Position numbers and translations under genes: made by a program
Shown: one piece after another, positions 14,696 through 27,305 of the stretch
How positions within the stretch are numbered: the first letter of the stretch is position 1
Layout of the letters: each line of letters opens with the position of its first letter
The notes under the pieces: model-generated
Told to the model about the DNA's origin: nothing
What the model saw: the letters and a program-made list of their open reading frames with translations, nothing else
Database searches by the model: none
NCBI RefSeq assembly: GCF_009834535.1
Contig: NC_045696.1
Coordinates: forward strand, 31,994,001-32,058,000
Source of the DNA: Camelus ferus
Lineage: Eukaryota
Length of the DNA: 64,000 nucleotides
Direction: 5' to 3'

Positions 14696-15244
14696 TCCTT
14701 AATATAACAGTAATACAAATTCTATATTTCATTTTTTCTCAGTTGTCTCAAAATTGTCTTTTTGTGCTATAGTGTCTATATCCTGCAATTGGTTATTTTT
14801 TTTAGTATTGAAAAATTCCTCTTTTAAATGGCATTGACTTGTTGATAAAACCTGGTGAATTACCTTATAATAAAATGACCCACATTACTTCTTTGTAGTG
14901 CCATTTAATTTTATTGCTCTAATTCCCTATAAACTAGAAGTAAGATCTAAAGACTGATTAGATTTACATTCAGCATTTTGGCATAAGCATTTTCTAGGTG
15001 GTGCTCTGTATTTTATACTGCATCCTATCAGGAGACACATAATGTCTGGTGGACCCATTATTAGTGCTTGATCAGTTACTTCAGGAAGTGATAACTTGTT
15101 CCCTCCATTACAGAGTTATGAATTTTTTGTTTGTTTTTCACCTTGAAATCAGTAAAGAACTCTTGGGGAGATACTTCTGCTCTTTAAGAATAATTATACT
15201 CTATCAACTTCTCACAAAATGTTTTTTAGATACTTTAAATATTC

Positions 15245-15985
15245 CTTTTTTCTTCCAGTTTTATTGAGATATATTTGACATACAGCACTGCATATGTTTA
15301 AGGTGCAGAGCATAATGATTTGACTTATATACATTATGAAATGATTATCACAATAAGTTTAGTGACCGTGTGTCATCTCATACAGACACAATTAAAAATA
15401 GAAAAAATTTTTCTTCTGATGTGAACTCTTAGGATTTACATTCTTAACAACTTTCTTACATAACATACAATATCGTTAATTATATTTGTCATGCTGTACA
15501 CTGCATCCCTAGTACTTACTTATCTTATACCTAGAAGTTTGTAACTTTTGACTTCCTTCATCCAGTATACAGAGAAAATCCTAAAGATATTTTCAAAAAC
15601 TATTAGACCTCATCAATGAATTTGATAATGTTGCAGGATGCAAAATAAATATATAGAAATCTGTTGTGCTTCTATATACTAACAACGAACTCTCAGAAAG
15701 AGAAACTAAGGAAACAGTCTGATTTATAATTTCATCAAAAAGAAAAAATATCTAAGAATAAATCTAACCAGGGAGTTAAAAGACTTGTACTCAGAACACT
15801 ATAAGACACTCATGAAAGAAATTGATGAGGATACAAACAGGTGGAAAGATATACCATGTTCATGGATTTAAGGAGTTAGTATTGTTAAAATGACCAAAAG
15901 ACCTAAGGTAGTTTACAGATTCAATGCAATCTGCAATCTCTGTCAAAATACCAATGACATTTTTCACAGAACTAGAACAAATAGT
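15245..15985. mobile_element. L1 with 5' inversion (twin priming)
   Basis: A T tract and antisense L1 3'UTR (15245-15565) are joined directly to sense ORF2 (agaaaatcctaaaga..aactattagacctcatcaatgaatt, 15566-15985). Confidence 0.8.
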
Positions 15986-16919
15986 GATTCTTGCTTGATA
16001 TAATTATTACAATTATGTGGTTGCAAAGGATTAATTTCTAATTCTATCTTTCCTTCATATGTATCAACTGGAATTCATATATAAAGAAATTTTCTTTATT
16101 AACCAGAATTATTTAATGATCTAAAGTACATTTCCTAGTGAAAGAAAAGAAAATGTTTAGTTTTGACTTTTATTACTGATTTTCTGAGTAAATTATTGGT
16201 GTCCTTGATATCTTCAAAATTGATAAAGAAGGTTTTCCCTTTTTTGACTTCCTGTCTTTTTAGAACAATTTTTATTATCATGAATATAAAATATATATTT
16301 AATAGTTTAAGCTAATTGCAGTGATTAATTTTATGGTCCTTAAATGATCTATTCTTTGGCAGTGGGATCTCCTTAAGATGGTCAATTGTGATTTTTTGAC
16401 ATGACCACATTAGTCTTTGATACTTTCCTTTCTGTCTAGCATAGCAAACTCTTCTATATTCTTTTTGTACATCCCCTGCCTTAGACCTGAAACATGGTAT
16501 TTTTTCTAAGAGTCCCTAATTACTTTTAATGATAATAATATTTAGACACCATGATATATGCATGTGGGAGCTTAGAGACATTAAGTTGATATAGCTTCTT
16601 GGCCTTTTTAGTGAACAGAGCTGGGGAAATTTATTTTACACAAAACATGCTATGAGTGTATACTTAACATCAAATTCAATATTGTATAATTTTTAAATTT
16701 TTGGGAAAAAGTACCCTGTTTTCCCTGCCTCCTTGTATAAGTAAATAATTTTATTAGTTTTAATTTTGGCTTTCCAGTGTTTGGTTTCTTCATTTGTGGA
16801 ATTTTGTATACATATAAATACAAGTATTAATATATTATATGCAATATACTGCTTGCTTTTTCCTCTAGAAAAAAATTGTGCATTTATTCACTCAGGAAAT
16901 CCTTGTTAAAGACTTAGCA

Positions 16920-17370
16920 TTATTCATTTTCAGAAGAAACAGGAATACACAAATAAATAATGGTTAATAAAATCACAAATTTAGTAAGTTTAAAACAGAA
17001 GTTGCTTGATGTAACTGAGAATAATAGGTGATAGGGGTACTTAGATAAGATGTCTATGAAGAAGTGATGTTAATCCTGTAAACTGAAGGATAAGAAGAGT
17101 CCAGTTGTATAAGGACAGGTGATAAAGATGAGTTTGGCACATGCTGGAAACTGAAAACAGACCAGTGAATTTTAAAATTAGTAGCAAGGAAGAAAAATAG
17201 CTTAAGTTGGAGGTTAGAAAAATAGAAAAAGGATTTGTTTGCCAAGAAAATGAATTTTTATTTTATTTAAAATACTGTAGAATACCACAAAATGGTTAGC
17301 ACAGAGAAGTGACGTGATCTCATTGATTATTTAAAATAACACTTTGACAGCTGTTTGAGGATAAAATGGA
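16920..17370 (-). mobile_element. L2 fragment
   Basis: tatgaagaagtgatgtt..aactgaaggataagaagag..cagagaagtgacgtgatc..actttgacagctgtttgagga. Confidence 0.55.
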
Positions 17371-17773
17371 TGAAAGCAAAAATTTTAACTGTCTTCTATT
17401 ACCTCCCTCAACCTCCCCCCTATTCCATTATTACTTATTTCTGTATTCTTCCTCTTCCTAGCAAGGTTGATTTGCTAGCATAGTACTACAAAAGCATTTT
17501 AGTCCTCTGTCCTCTGAATGCTTCAGTCCCTTTGAAACATTTTCTGATATAAAGGTAACAGTTGATCTCTCCTTTCATGTGTCTCTACTTCACATTACTT
17601 ACTATTATTAAGACATTTTCCTTTTCCTCTTGTAATTATAGGTTTATATGCCAGTTATCCTATGAATCCATTAGTAGGATGAGAGGATAGTGTAGTATTT
17701 AATTGAATCCACAATGGCTAACAGATGCATAACCCACCTGGTGCTCTGCAGAAGTTTTTAAATAAACAAATAG

Positions 17774-18382
17774 TGTCTTATCTTATGTTTAAGTCTTCAA
17801 GCCATTTTGAGTTTATTTTTGTGTATGATGTGAGAGAGTATTCTAATTTCATTGATTTACATGCAGCTATCCAGTTGTGGTATATTTATACAATAGAATA
17901 CTACTCAGCCATAAAAAAAATTACATTTGCAGCAACATGGATGGACCTGGAGATTGTCATTCTAAGTGAAGTAATCCAGAAAAAGAAAGGAAAACACCAT
18001 ATGATATCACTTACATGTGGAATCTAAAAAAAAGGGGAAAAAAAAGGCAAATGCATTTATTTACACAACAGAAACAGACTCACAGACATATAGAACAAAC
18101 TTATGGTTACCAGAGGGGAAAGGAAGTGGGAAGAGATAAATTGGGAGCATGAGATTTGCAGATACTAACTAATATATATATAATAGATAAACAAAAAGTT
18201 CATACTGTAGAGCACAGGGAACTATATTCAATATCTTGTAGTACTTATGGTGAAAAAGAATATGAAAATGAATATATGTATGTTCATATATGATTGAAGC
18301 ATTATGCTGTACACCAGAAATTGATGCAACATTGTAAACTGACTATACTTCAATAAGAATATATATACCAAAAAAAAGAAAA
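17774..18382 (+). mobile_element. L1 with 5' inversion, flanked by TSD
   Basis: Antisense ORF2 piece 17774-17876, then sense ORF2 end, 3'UTR and A tail. TSD AAACAAATAG at 17764-17773 and 18383-18392. Confidence 0.9.
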
Positions 18383-18754
18383 AAACAAATAGATGATGTT
18401 AAAATAAATCTTCACAAACATTTAGTTTTTTCAATTATAATTTAAAAGCTGTATTCTTATAAATATTAATGGAAGGTAATGTAGTTCTTTTAGATGCTGT
18501 ACCCTATCTTTTCACCAGTCAAATTCTAACAAACTTTCAGGTTTTATGTGACATCAACCTACCGCCATGAAATCATCTGGGAAACCATTATCTCTTTGGC
18601 TTCTATAACAATTTTGGAACAATTTTTATTCCATTTTTTCTATTGTGTAGTTATTGATGTGTTTGTGTTAGGGGTGTGTGTGTCACATTTCTTACTAACA
18701 AGTAAATCCCCTGAAGACAGAACCACTTCTCCTTCATTCTATCGTATTTTACTA

Positions 18755-19348
18755 TGTATGATAAGAAAACAAATGAGCCTGTTCCGCTCTTTATCCCCTA
18801 GCCTTTTCCTTGGTTTCTTCCATTCTGTCCATATTAATCAAATTAACCAACCCTATTATATGACCAAATTGGCCTTAATACATCCCTCTGCTTGCCTAAA
18901 CATTAGACAGTTTCCCTCGTGATTATAGGCTTCTAACTTCCATTTTCTTAGGGAATTTACTTGAGAGAACTTACTGTAATTTCTACTTCTGCCCATTTGA
19001 CTTGTAAATCTTCTCCCAGCCTCCTGCTGGCTTTAAAACCCAAGAATGTCTTTGCAGGAACCTCAGATTCATCCTTCTGAAACATAATTATCAAGAAAAA
19101 AGCAATTCTATCTCTCTGTCTCTGTGGGAAGGTAGGTGTTTAATTTCAGCAAACACAGATTCCCTAATCGCATTGAAGATTCTTCCCATCAAAGTCCTCC
19201 GGTACTTTTCCACTAAATCATCCCAGTGCTTAAAACTCTTCTGCCTTTTGTTTCAGTGAAGTTGAGTTCAATCTCCCTCTCCTATTGCAACGGTCTTGAA
19301 TAAAGTCTCCCTTGCCTATTTAACTCTATTATTGCAATTTTTCTTTGA
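18755..19348 (+). mobile_element. MER34/MER39-like ERV1 solo LTR
   Basis: ctctctgtctctgtgggaaggtagg; ttcagtgaagttgagttcaatctc; gtcttgaataaagtc polyA signal; ends tttctttga. Confidence 0.75.
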
Positions 19349-20719
19349 GTTGTTGCTCTTCTAAGTGTCCACTTGCAGATGACTATTTTTCTCTTGGTGC
19401 CTGGTGATGGAATAAGCAGACCTAGAGAGGGACAAAACTGGATCCAGTGTATTCAAAATCCTAAAGGTTTTCCATTCTTTCTTTAGTTCGTCAAGTTAAT
19501 GTGATCAAATGGGTTTTAAATAATTTGTGCCTATATCATGGTTTAATGGTTCCTTTTATTCTTCCACTTATGCTTTTGATAGTTTGAATAAAGCCCATAT
19601 GGCTGCCAGGTTTTGTCAACTAATGTGTGCTACATCATACCTAGAATGGTGCCCCTTTCCTCTTGTATTTGTCTCTTTAACCTCAAATCTGGGACATCTA
19701 CAGTGGTTCAGTGGAGATTTCTGGTAGCCATATAGACTCCATTCTGGATGTACCACACTCTTCTATGAGATTTGTATATAAAATTAGGATAATGATGGAA
19801 AACTGGATATCTTCATTTAGCAGATGACGCTGCAGTAAAAATAACATAAGTGACTTGGCCAAAGCAGAGCCAAGATTAACCTCATATGTCCTATGAGGTT
19901 TTAAACACTTTTAAACCATAGTAATTCTCTGTTCTTTGTGATGGTTACTACTAAGGAGAGAGCTCCCTACAGCCTACATGGTTTTAGGACAAAACTTGTT
20001 CATATTTCCTTCAGGAAAAACAAATTTCTAAGATTGATTGAAAACATTATAATGACATTGATGCAAATGACTGATTCATTAATTCTAATGTATAAACTTT
20101 AAAGTACTGAAAATCAGGATACCTTTGAAATGAATCCATCGTTTACTTAATCTTCAATGAAGACTAAATATAACACAGCAGAAGAAAAATAACATAAAAT
20201 TGCCTGAAAACTGCAGGGTATCTCCATTGTTCTTGCTTTGCTTTTAATTGCAAGCAGAACAGTAGCAAACAAATGCAAATTTGAGCACTAGAACAATGTC
20301 CAGCCATAGAAACATGAAATAAATGACCTCTCCCCACAAAAAAAGCTGGAAACTGTATTTATAATAAATTATATGCTAAAAAATGACAAAAATCATTCTG
20401 TCACTGTGTATTATTGAGAATAATTTCCCTGTATAAGATAGAGTAAGGTAGCAATGGATCTCCAAAATTAAAACCCCCTCTTTTTATTTCCTCCTTTGAT
20501 CATCATAGTTACTTAGACAATCTCTACATATGATGAGCTTGTCATTTGAGCTTGTGCTTCTTTCATCTCTACAGAAAAACTAAGTGAGAAATCTTTATTC
20601 TGACCCTTCTCCCATCAGGTACTTCTCTCTACTGTGGTTAGCATAAAAACATACAATTTTATACCTTTTTTGTTTGTTTTCTTATTGTTGCTGATATATA
20701 TACTGAATGCATTCATAGA

Positions 20720-21221
20720 TATGGTAGATGAGATTTTTTAGGCTACTAATCATTCCTTTTCCCACCTGCATGGGAGTACGGATATATTTCTCCTTTCCAT
20801 TGATCATTGATACTTGTTTTTGCCATGTAAGTTTACTTAGTTTCATGGTGAGTAGACTGTATCTCTCATCCCTAGATTTTAGGCATGACCATGTCAAATG
20901 CTTTAGTCAATGGAATATGAACTGGTGTGTGATACAAGCAAAGACTTGAAACATGCCTGCAGGGAAGATACTAATTCTTGTGCTTCTGGGCACAATTTTG
21001 AATCATGGGCAGAACATGTCTTGGGTAGCCCAATCACCCAATTAGAATAAGAGGTATGTGTAATATACCTGAACCCAACCTGCAGCTTAGACTCAAACCC
21101 AATTCATCCCAGACTAGATGTTTTGAAACTCAGCCAATCCACAAGTACTTAAAACAGAATAAATGATAATTGTTTAAAGCTGTTAACCTTGAGGATGGCT
21201 TGCATTCAGCTAACTGATACA
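20720..21221 (+). mobile_element. MLT1 (MaLR) LTR
   Basis: gaccatgtcaaatgctttagtcaatggaat; aataaatgataattgtttaaagc; terminus gctaactgataca. Confidence 0.8.
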
Positions 21222-22349
21222 AAAATGTACAAAAGGCAGAAACTTCAGTGAAAAGTATTTGTCTTTGCTACTTTGTTCTCTAACTACCAAATATCCTTGC
21301 TCTGAAAATAAACATTATTATCAGTTGCTTACATATTTCCAAGCTATCATAAACAATGATATATTTATAAAGACATACATATTTGAAAAATGACTTTTAT
21401 ATATACTATTCTGTATCTTGACCTTTGGCACTTAATATACTTTCAAGATCCTTCCATATCTGTACACAAAGATTTGCCTCATTCTTTTTGATGCCCAATT
21501 ATATTTCACTTATAAAAGTGTCATAACATATTAAAATACCTTTATTTCTGGACAATATAGATTATGTCTAAACTTTATATTCTTCCCAATTTTGAATAAT
21601 CTTCATCCTAGTATGTCCTTCATTTGAAAGTTTTATCTCCTATTATTAGGAGATATTATTTATCTCCTATTTCAGCAATAAGAGTTAATACTTTTTGGTC
21701 CTTTAACAAGGGCTGCATACCTACACTATATTATTGAATCTTCAGAATAATTATGTGAGGTAAGTATGACCATTAGTTTTCAATTTCACTGTGACAGAAA
21801 GTAGTTGAGTTCAACTGGTAGATAATATGGCTAGAACTCAAACTCAGGCTCTCTACTTTACAATATTGCCTGACTCAGTGTGAACTTACTGAAAATACAG
21901 AAAGCCCAATGCTTGCTAACTCAAATTTCATTCCAAGTTAAATTTATGAGACTTCTCTTTCTACATGATAGGACAGAAGTGGAAGTTAAATAAAGAAAGA
22001 AATAATAAAATATTTAAACATTCAATTCATTTACTCAATATATATTTATTGTATATTTAGTACCTACAAGGCACTGCAGTTAACCTCAAGTTTACATTCC
22101 AAAATAAATAATTCCTTTTGTATTTTGTGTATCCCTCCCTTTTCTTTGTGGTTGTTCAAAAAGTGGTGTTCAACATAAGATTCAGTTGAAAAGGAAAGCA
22201 GTTAAACCATTTTGCTAACGGGCTTGGAAACTTTAGTTGAGTGAAATTCAGCACATACTTTCTAACAATAATAAAAAATTCATAAAACAAGTCTAACTCC
22301 CAGAGAGAGAAAGGAGAAATTTAAAGAAAATTCTTAGCATGAGATGTCA

Positions 22350-22590
22350 TAAATAATAATGGGTTACCATTTGTAGAGTGCCTACTATGGGCCAAGATAT
22401 TTTCATAGACTATGTATTTCAGATTAATAATAACTTATGAGATTCTTTTTAATATCCTAATTTTATAGTTAAGGAATTAGGTTCAAGGTTTTGGGTTTTT
22501 GGTTTTTTGGGGTTTTTTTTCTAATTTACTTAATGACAGAACTAAGAATTGAACCCTGACCTGGCAGATCTAAAATCCTTGCATTTAATC
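22350..22590 (-). mobile_element. MIR SINE
   Basis: taccatttgtagagtgcctactatgggcca..attttatagttaaggaa..aagaattgaaccc. Confidence 0.6.
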
Positions 22591-23644
22591 ACTTGTACAC
22601 TAGTTCTAGATCCCTGAATGAAACATAAAGTTTCTTTTTTTTTTTTTTTTTTTTGTTTTTTGTTTTCTTCATATTGAAAGTATATTTTTTTGGTATCCTG
22701 CTTTTTGGTGTGTGAAGTAACCTGATTCCAGGTATGTCAATATGATGGAGTACAATGTGCTTACAGTGAATGGCTTTTTTCCTTGAATATGTAAAATTGT
22801 TCTCTATGGAGATGAAGGAGGAACCTCACCTCTCTCCAACCCCCTTATTTTTTGTCACTGCACTTGTACAGATTCACCAAATACTCTTATGTAAAACATT
22901 GATTTAGTGGTCAAACATATACACACATACAATTATACAATACTCTGGTGTTTCAGAGTCTAAAATTGCTTCTGAATTAGATATGGTAAAATAAAAATAT
23001 AATATTTGTGCTCCAAACTTTAACAATAGAAAATGTAAAAAACTTTCGTATACTAGTCAAGAACAACAGAAGTATTCCTATTTTATAAAATTTAAAAAAA
23101 GATTTATTTTTCTAAGTCTTTTTGTTTTCCGAATAGCTTCTGTTTGCTTTCAAAATTTAAATTTTGCCAGTCACATCAACTGGGAGGAGATTTAGATCCA
23201 ATGCACATTTATGTGATCTTTGCACAGATAATTAACGAAACAGAAGATAAGCTAACCAAACACAAAGACTACATACAATGTGACAACACTATGGGATAAA
23301 CTGATATTGAAAAACAACACAGTTTGAACGTATTCTAAAATATATGCAAGTATATTAGGCTAAGTAAACTTAAAACACAGTTCAAAATGTGTCTAAATCT
23401 ATTTCCCCCAGGGTGAAGATTTTATAACAATTGCTTAATTACATATGTGTTCACAATTTATTAATATTTCTAAAATATTTTTAAAAGCATATTGTTCTTA
23501 ACACTTTAGAAGTTTTAAAAATTCATGCAGCAGTTGGTAGAAAAATGTTCCTAAGAAGTAAATATTGATAACTACATATTAAATTAGAGTTCCACATAAT
23601 TGTAGATTTTATTTATGCATTTAAAACTAATATCAAAATGTCTT

Positions 23645-24365
23645 TTTTGGGAAAGCAGTATGAAGTTTTCTCAAAAAGTTTAAAATATGATACAGCAATT
23701 TTATTTCTGACTATATATCCAGAGGAACTGAAATCATTATCTTGAGGAGATATCTAAACCCCTATGTTCACTTCAACATTATTTACAATAGCCAAGACAT
23801 GAAATCAACCTAAGTGTCCATCAATAGATGAATAGATAAAGAAAATGTGATATAATTTATGATGGAATGTTATTCAGCCATAAAAATAAGAAAATCCGAC
23901 CATTTACAACATTATGGATGAAACTTGAAGGCATTGTGCTGAGTAAAGTAGTCAGGCACAGAAAGACAAATCCTTTACGATTTCACTGATAATGTGGAAT
24001 TGAAAAAAAAGCTGTCCTCAGAGAAACAAAATAGATTGGTTGTTGCCAGGAATAAGAGGTTGGGGATGAGGGATATGGCTGAAGGTTGTCAAAGGGAACA
24101 TATTGCCAGTTATAAAATGAATAAGTTCTGAGGATATAAAGTACAGCATAAAAATTATAGTTAGCAATACTGCATTGTATATTTGGAAATTAGGAAGAGA
24201 GTAAATTTTTAAAGTGCTCAACACACACACAGATTCCAACACTGTGAGGTGATGGGTGCATTAACTAATTGTGAAATCATTTTGCACTTTATACATATAT
24301 AAAATCACTATGTAAACCATAAACTTCCACAATGTTAATATGTCTAGTATATCTCAATAAAACCA
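23645..24365 (+). mobile_element. LINE-1 3' fragment next to the EBL
   Basis: ORF2 C-terminal DNA (atttacaatagccaagacatg..aacctaagtgtccatcaatagatgaatag) plus 3'UTR ending atatctcaataaaa. Confidence 0.9.
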
Positions 24366-24499
24366 GATAAAATTTTCATTTTTGGATATCCTCTCTGCGA
24401 CTTGGGGTGGGGGGGAATCAATTTTATACAAATCAACAAACTGAAACTGAGTATATACTCTATGATAGGTTCAGGTAAATTTAAATGTTAAAAAAGTTT

Positions 24500-26720
24500 A
24501 ATGATATAATGGAAGTAACATTTTTAAAATTGACTCTAACATATGTAATATGAATGTAAGCTGAAGCAATCCTGCCCATTACAATCTGTAAATTGTCTAA
24601 AATGTAAAATGGCACTCTTCATGGAAAGTCTAATGCTTTCACAATATTTAGAAATTCACAGCTAACACGATTGCTCAGGATTTCACTCTTCTTAATCCAT
24701 TCACTTTATGGATTGGCTTACTTCATTAATGTGTAATTCCCTTTTCATGCCATATCGAAATAGATATGACACTTAGTCGTTTCTCCTGATTTGCATACCT
24801 TAATGCATTGCCTATAGAACTTATATCAGATATTATTTTAGATGGCAAAAAACAAAATGTTAGGTAGTACCAAGCTAAAGCATTAATTAGCATTAAATCC
24901 CTTTATAAGACAGTTATTTTTTCCAATATTTATTTTGAAGTCAAGAAGAAATGATCAGTTTGTGGTTATTATGTCTTTAACATTTTCTACCATTAGCTGA
25001 TAACATTAAAAAAAAAAAAAAAAAAAGCAAGGGCCCCAGAAGGCAAAAGCATCTAGTAAAAACTGAAAATTTTTATTATTTTTGTTTGAATTTCTTTCCA
25101 TTTGGGCAATTACAATTTTGTTTTCAAATAAAATTACTTTAATTTAAAAAGAGTCAATTCACAAACTGTTAGATTAGTAACAATATAGGACGAATGAGTC
25201 CATGGTAGACATTGTAAAGGTTCATGAAATATTAACTTTTGGGGAACACTTGCCTAGAACAAAAAGACAGTGAGCTTTTTTTAGAGAAAATCTGCTTCCA
25301 ACTGCTAGGTTAATAGTTTTACCCAGCTACACTTATATGATGTGATTTAAAATTAAGGTTTACTTTGTGAACTTTATAAACCAAGGGAGAAAACACAATG
25401 GATTGTTAGATGCTCATAATTTGATAAAAGGAAGTGTACCATTTCACTGGTGGTTTGAAACTTCAACTGTTGCTAATTCTAAAAACCCTTCATTACCATT
25501 ATTCCTTTTGAAATGGCATTAGATTACATAAAATACAATGCCATCAACAACAGATTGACATAAATGACTGTCATTTCATATGGATTTTTAAATGTCAATT
25601 CAGTAACTGTGGGGATACCTTATTAACACAACTATTTCAAGTCAAAATATGAGGAAGATAAATTAATGAGGTTCAAAATGTAACTATTTAAACCTACATC
25701 TCAGTACATGATATTGCATACAAAACCTAGAAATTAGTTTATGAATAAATATTCTCAAATATCAGTTGTCTTGATGGGGTCTTTTCCAGAACTGGAATTA
25801 AAAGTTGAATCCTTGATGTTCCACTGCAGACATGGTATAGTATTCACTGAGGGGAATATACAGAGCCATAGTCAATAAAAGTGAAATGGTTTTGAAAATA
25901 AAGGAGACAAACATGTATAGTTAGTTTCTTGACTAAATGGAGCTCATGGCAGTACTGCAGAAAGTTGGTTTCAGGGTCCTGCAGAGAAGATAAAACATTT
26001 TCACAAGTGGGAAAAATATCTGTTCTAGCCTTCAGATTCATGAGCCAGAAATCATGGAAGGGATGGTTTGGGCTTAGAAAACTCTAAGGTCTGCTAATAA
26101 CAGTAGGCTCCTAATATTAAAAAGAAAAAAATCTAAAAAAAAACCCTCATCTTATTATAGGCCCCTTTGGATTTGTCAGATTTAATGAAGCATGGCCGTG
26201 TGATAGGTCCACCAAAAGGAGTCAGATGAAAAATATGTCTTAAAGAATGAATCAGCTTTCCATGTAGAACCATTTCTATTATGTATTTGAAAACTGCCAA
26301 AAACAGTGATTTAGGTTTTGATATCGATGGTGTTAACTTGAGATCAAGAAAGTAAAAAATAGAATTTTACTTTTTAAGTGCACACTTTTGTTCCCTGGTG
26401 TTCCTGATATCTCCTAGGTAACTAAATCTAGACACTATCAAGTAAATTTGATTAATTCAATTATATATCTGAGCAAATTCAAGATTCACAACATAGTTTC
26501 AGTTCAGTCTGTAAATGTATCTAATATTTTTTGGTTCAACCACAGCTTCAGGTCCTTCATAAGTACAAATATTTGAAGGTAACTAGGGATGTTGCTATCT
26601 CCAACTCAGTTTTTAACAGCAAATAAAGTCAATCTCTCAAATTTGCCATCCTGTATCTTACAATTACTTCCTTGTCTTTAGTTTTCTACTTCCACATCAT
26701 CAGTTCTTTTATTTGTGGTG
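24500..26720 (-). pseudogene. EBLL: EBLL remnant (bornavirus L polymerase), many stops, frameshifts and deletions
   Basis: Ours ~ BoDV-1 L: VNLEFAQIYN*INQIYLI ~ INVTFNILGQGDNQTIII (motif C destroyed); SLFLAVFKYIIEM (26309-26271) ~ ALATGVCLYLIEL; RVFFR ~ SVFFR; NVLSSLQDPET ~ DWLSLVTDPTS; TSRI ~ SSRI; VLYAIS ~ ALFALS; IPTVTE ~ MPFVAE; W/YKVHKV (25383-25361) ~ WYKVRKV; SWVKL ~ TWLRF; LQCLPWT (25218-25198) ~ MQKLPWS; KPIHK ~ RPIYR; LNIVKALDF..LDNLQIV ~ LIMIRGLDI..FDELLVV. All occur in the correct order. Confidence 0.88.
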
Positions 26721-26960
26721 GATGCAAATGTAAATTAACTAGAATGTATTAGCATCCAAATTTCCTCCAATTCACATCCAAATACTCAACTTTACCCATC
26801 CTAAACTGAGAATTTAGAATTCTTCCTTAGTCCCTGGAAAATGATAATCCTGAGTCTTTAGGAATGGTGATAATGAATGGTGATGGTTTGAACAGAATAG
26901 TCAAAGCTGCACTACTATAAATTAATAACTTGTGTCTATCATCCCACCCCAAGCTGACAC
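26720..26960 (-). pseudogene. EBLG: EBLG remnant (bornavirus glycoprotein fragments, mostly C-terminal)
   Basis: Ours ~ BoDV-1 G: SVQT/SPF ~ AVQTFPPF; KTQDYHF..EEF ~ KTSHDYHLEEF; SLGWVKLSI ~ GSGWVHIGL; *IGGNL..LIYICI ~ WLGGVLYLISLCV. The blocks are short, and part of this stretch also aligns to the L pre-motif A region. Confidence 0.5.
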
Positions 26961-27258
26961 AATGATTATTTTCTTGCTGGTGGTGAAAAAGTATTTGTGT
27001 TAAGCCCGAAAGTTCTAGCTAATTCCTTCATTACTTAAGATGAAGTTATTTCCAACAATCTCAAAAGCAGGGTTATATTTAAAAGAATCCACATAGTATT
27101 AAACAGAGGAAGTTGGTAACTTCTTTCACTGGTTGTACGAACTTATATGCTGTCCTGGGATGTGAACTGTGTGATCTTCAATGCTATCCATTTACAGTTT
27201 GACACAGGCAGAAATTCAACCCATCCAGAGACAGCATATTGATCATACCTTTGTTCAT
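26960..27258 (-). pseudogene. EBLM: EBLM remnant (bornavirus matrix protein)
   Basis: ATG AAC (M-N) at 27258. Ours ~ BoDV-1 M: YAVSGWVEF ~ VIVPGWPTL; TVHIP ~ FLNIP; KKL ~ KKL; YNPAFEIVGNNFILSNEGIS*NFRA*HKYFF ~ VNIYFQIDDFLLLTLNSLSVYKDPIRKYMF. The blocks are collinear. Confidence 0.65.
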
Positions 27259-27271
27259 CTATTCTTTTAAA
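27256..27271 (-). promoter_or_regulatory. Remnant resembling the bornaviral T2/S3 termination/start junction
   Basis: The minus strand reads TTTAAAAGAATAGATG (stop codon, A run, GAAT, M ATG). As I recall it, BoDV-1 reads CCATAAAAAAATCGAATCACCATG at the P-stop/M-start junction. Confidence 0.4.
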
Positions 27272-27305
27272 CTCTTAAAGGATCACCTGAGTGAAGATTT
27301 GCAGG

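Larger units (their letters stand above)
13930..16680 (-). mobile_element. Old L1ME-like 3' region, interrupted by an MLT1 LTR and a younger L1
   Basis: Degraded L1M 3' motifs (atcaggagacacataatgtctgg, ccttagacctgaaa) on both sides of the nested inserts. Confidence 0.55.

Noticed and set aside
22631..22665. Poly-T as the polyA tail of the EBL
   Set aside because: It lies ~1 kb of unrelated sequence beyond the inferred L end, even after removing the intervening L1. No TSD found.
25008..25026. A19 run as a retrocopy polyA tail
   Set aside because: It is T19 on the EBL sense strand and L-like sequence continues on both sides, so it looks like a homopolymer expansion.
26760..26960. Alternative alignment to L (PFLKTQ ~ PYLKTH; VEYLDVNW ~ VINLDYSSW; IIVSAW ~ VIVSAW)
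   Set aside because: It competes with the G C-terminus alignment and cannot be settled by eye. I kept G at only 0.5 confidence; either reading is bornaviral.
26880..27100. Weak resemblance to cellular MANEA (IVSAWGGMIDTS vs IPSVGPGYIDTS)
   Set aside because: An isolated short match with no collinear extension.
27180..27258. Alternative alignment of MNKGMINMLSLDGLNFCL to the bornavirus L N-terminus (TDQSLKNPLLGTEVSFCL)
   Set aside because: The M interpretation gives more collinear blocks over ~270 nt, a matching ATG and junction context, and the expected gene order. Not fully excluded.
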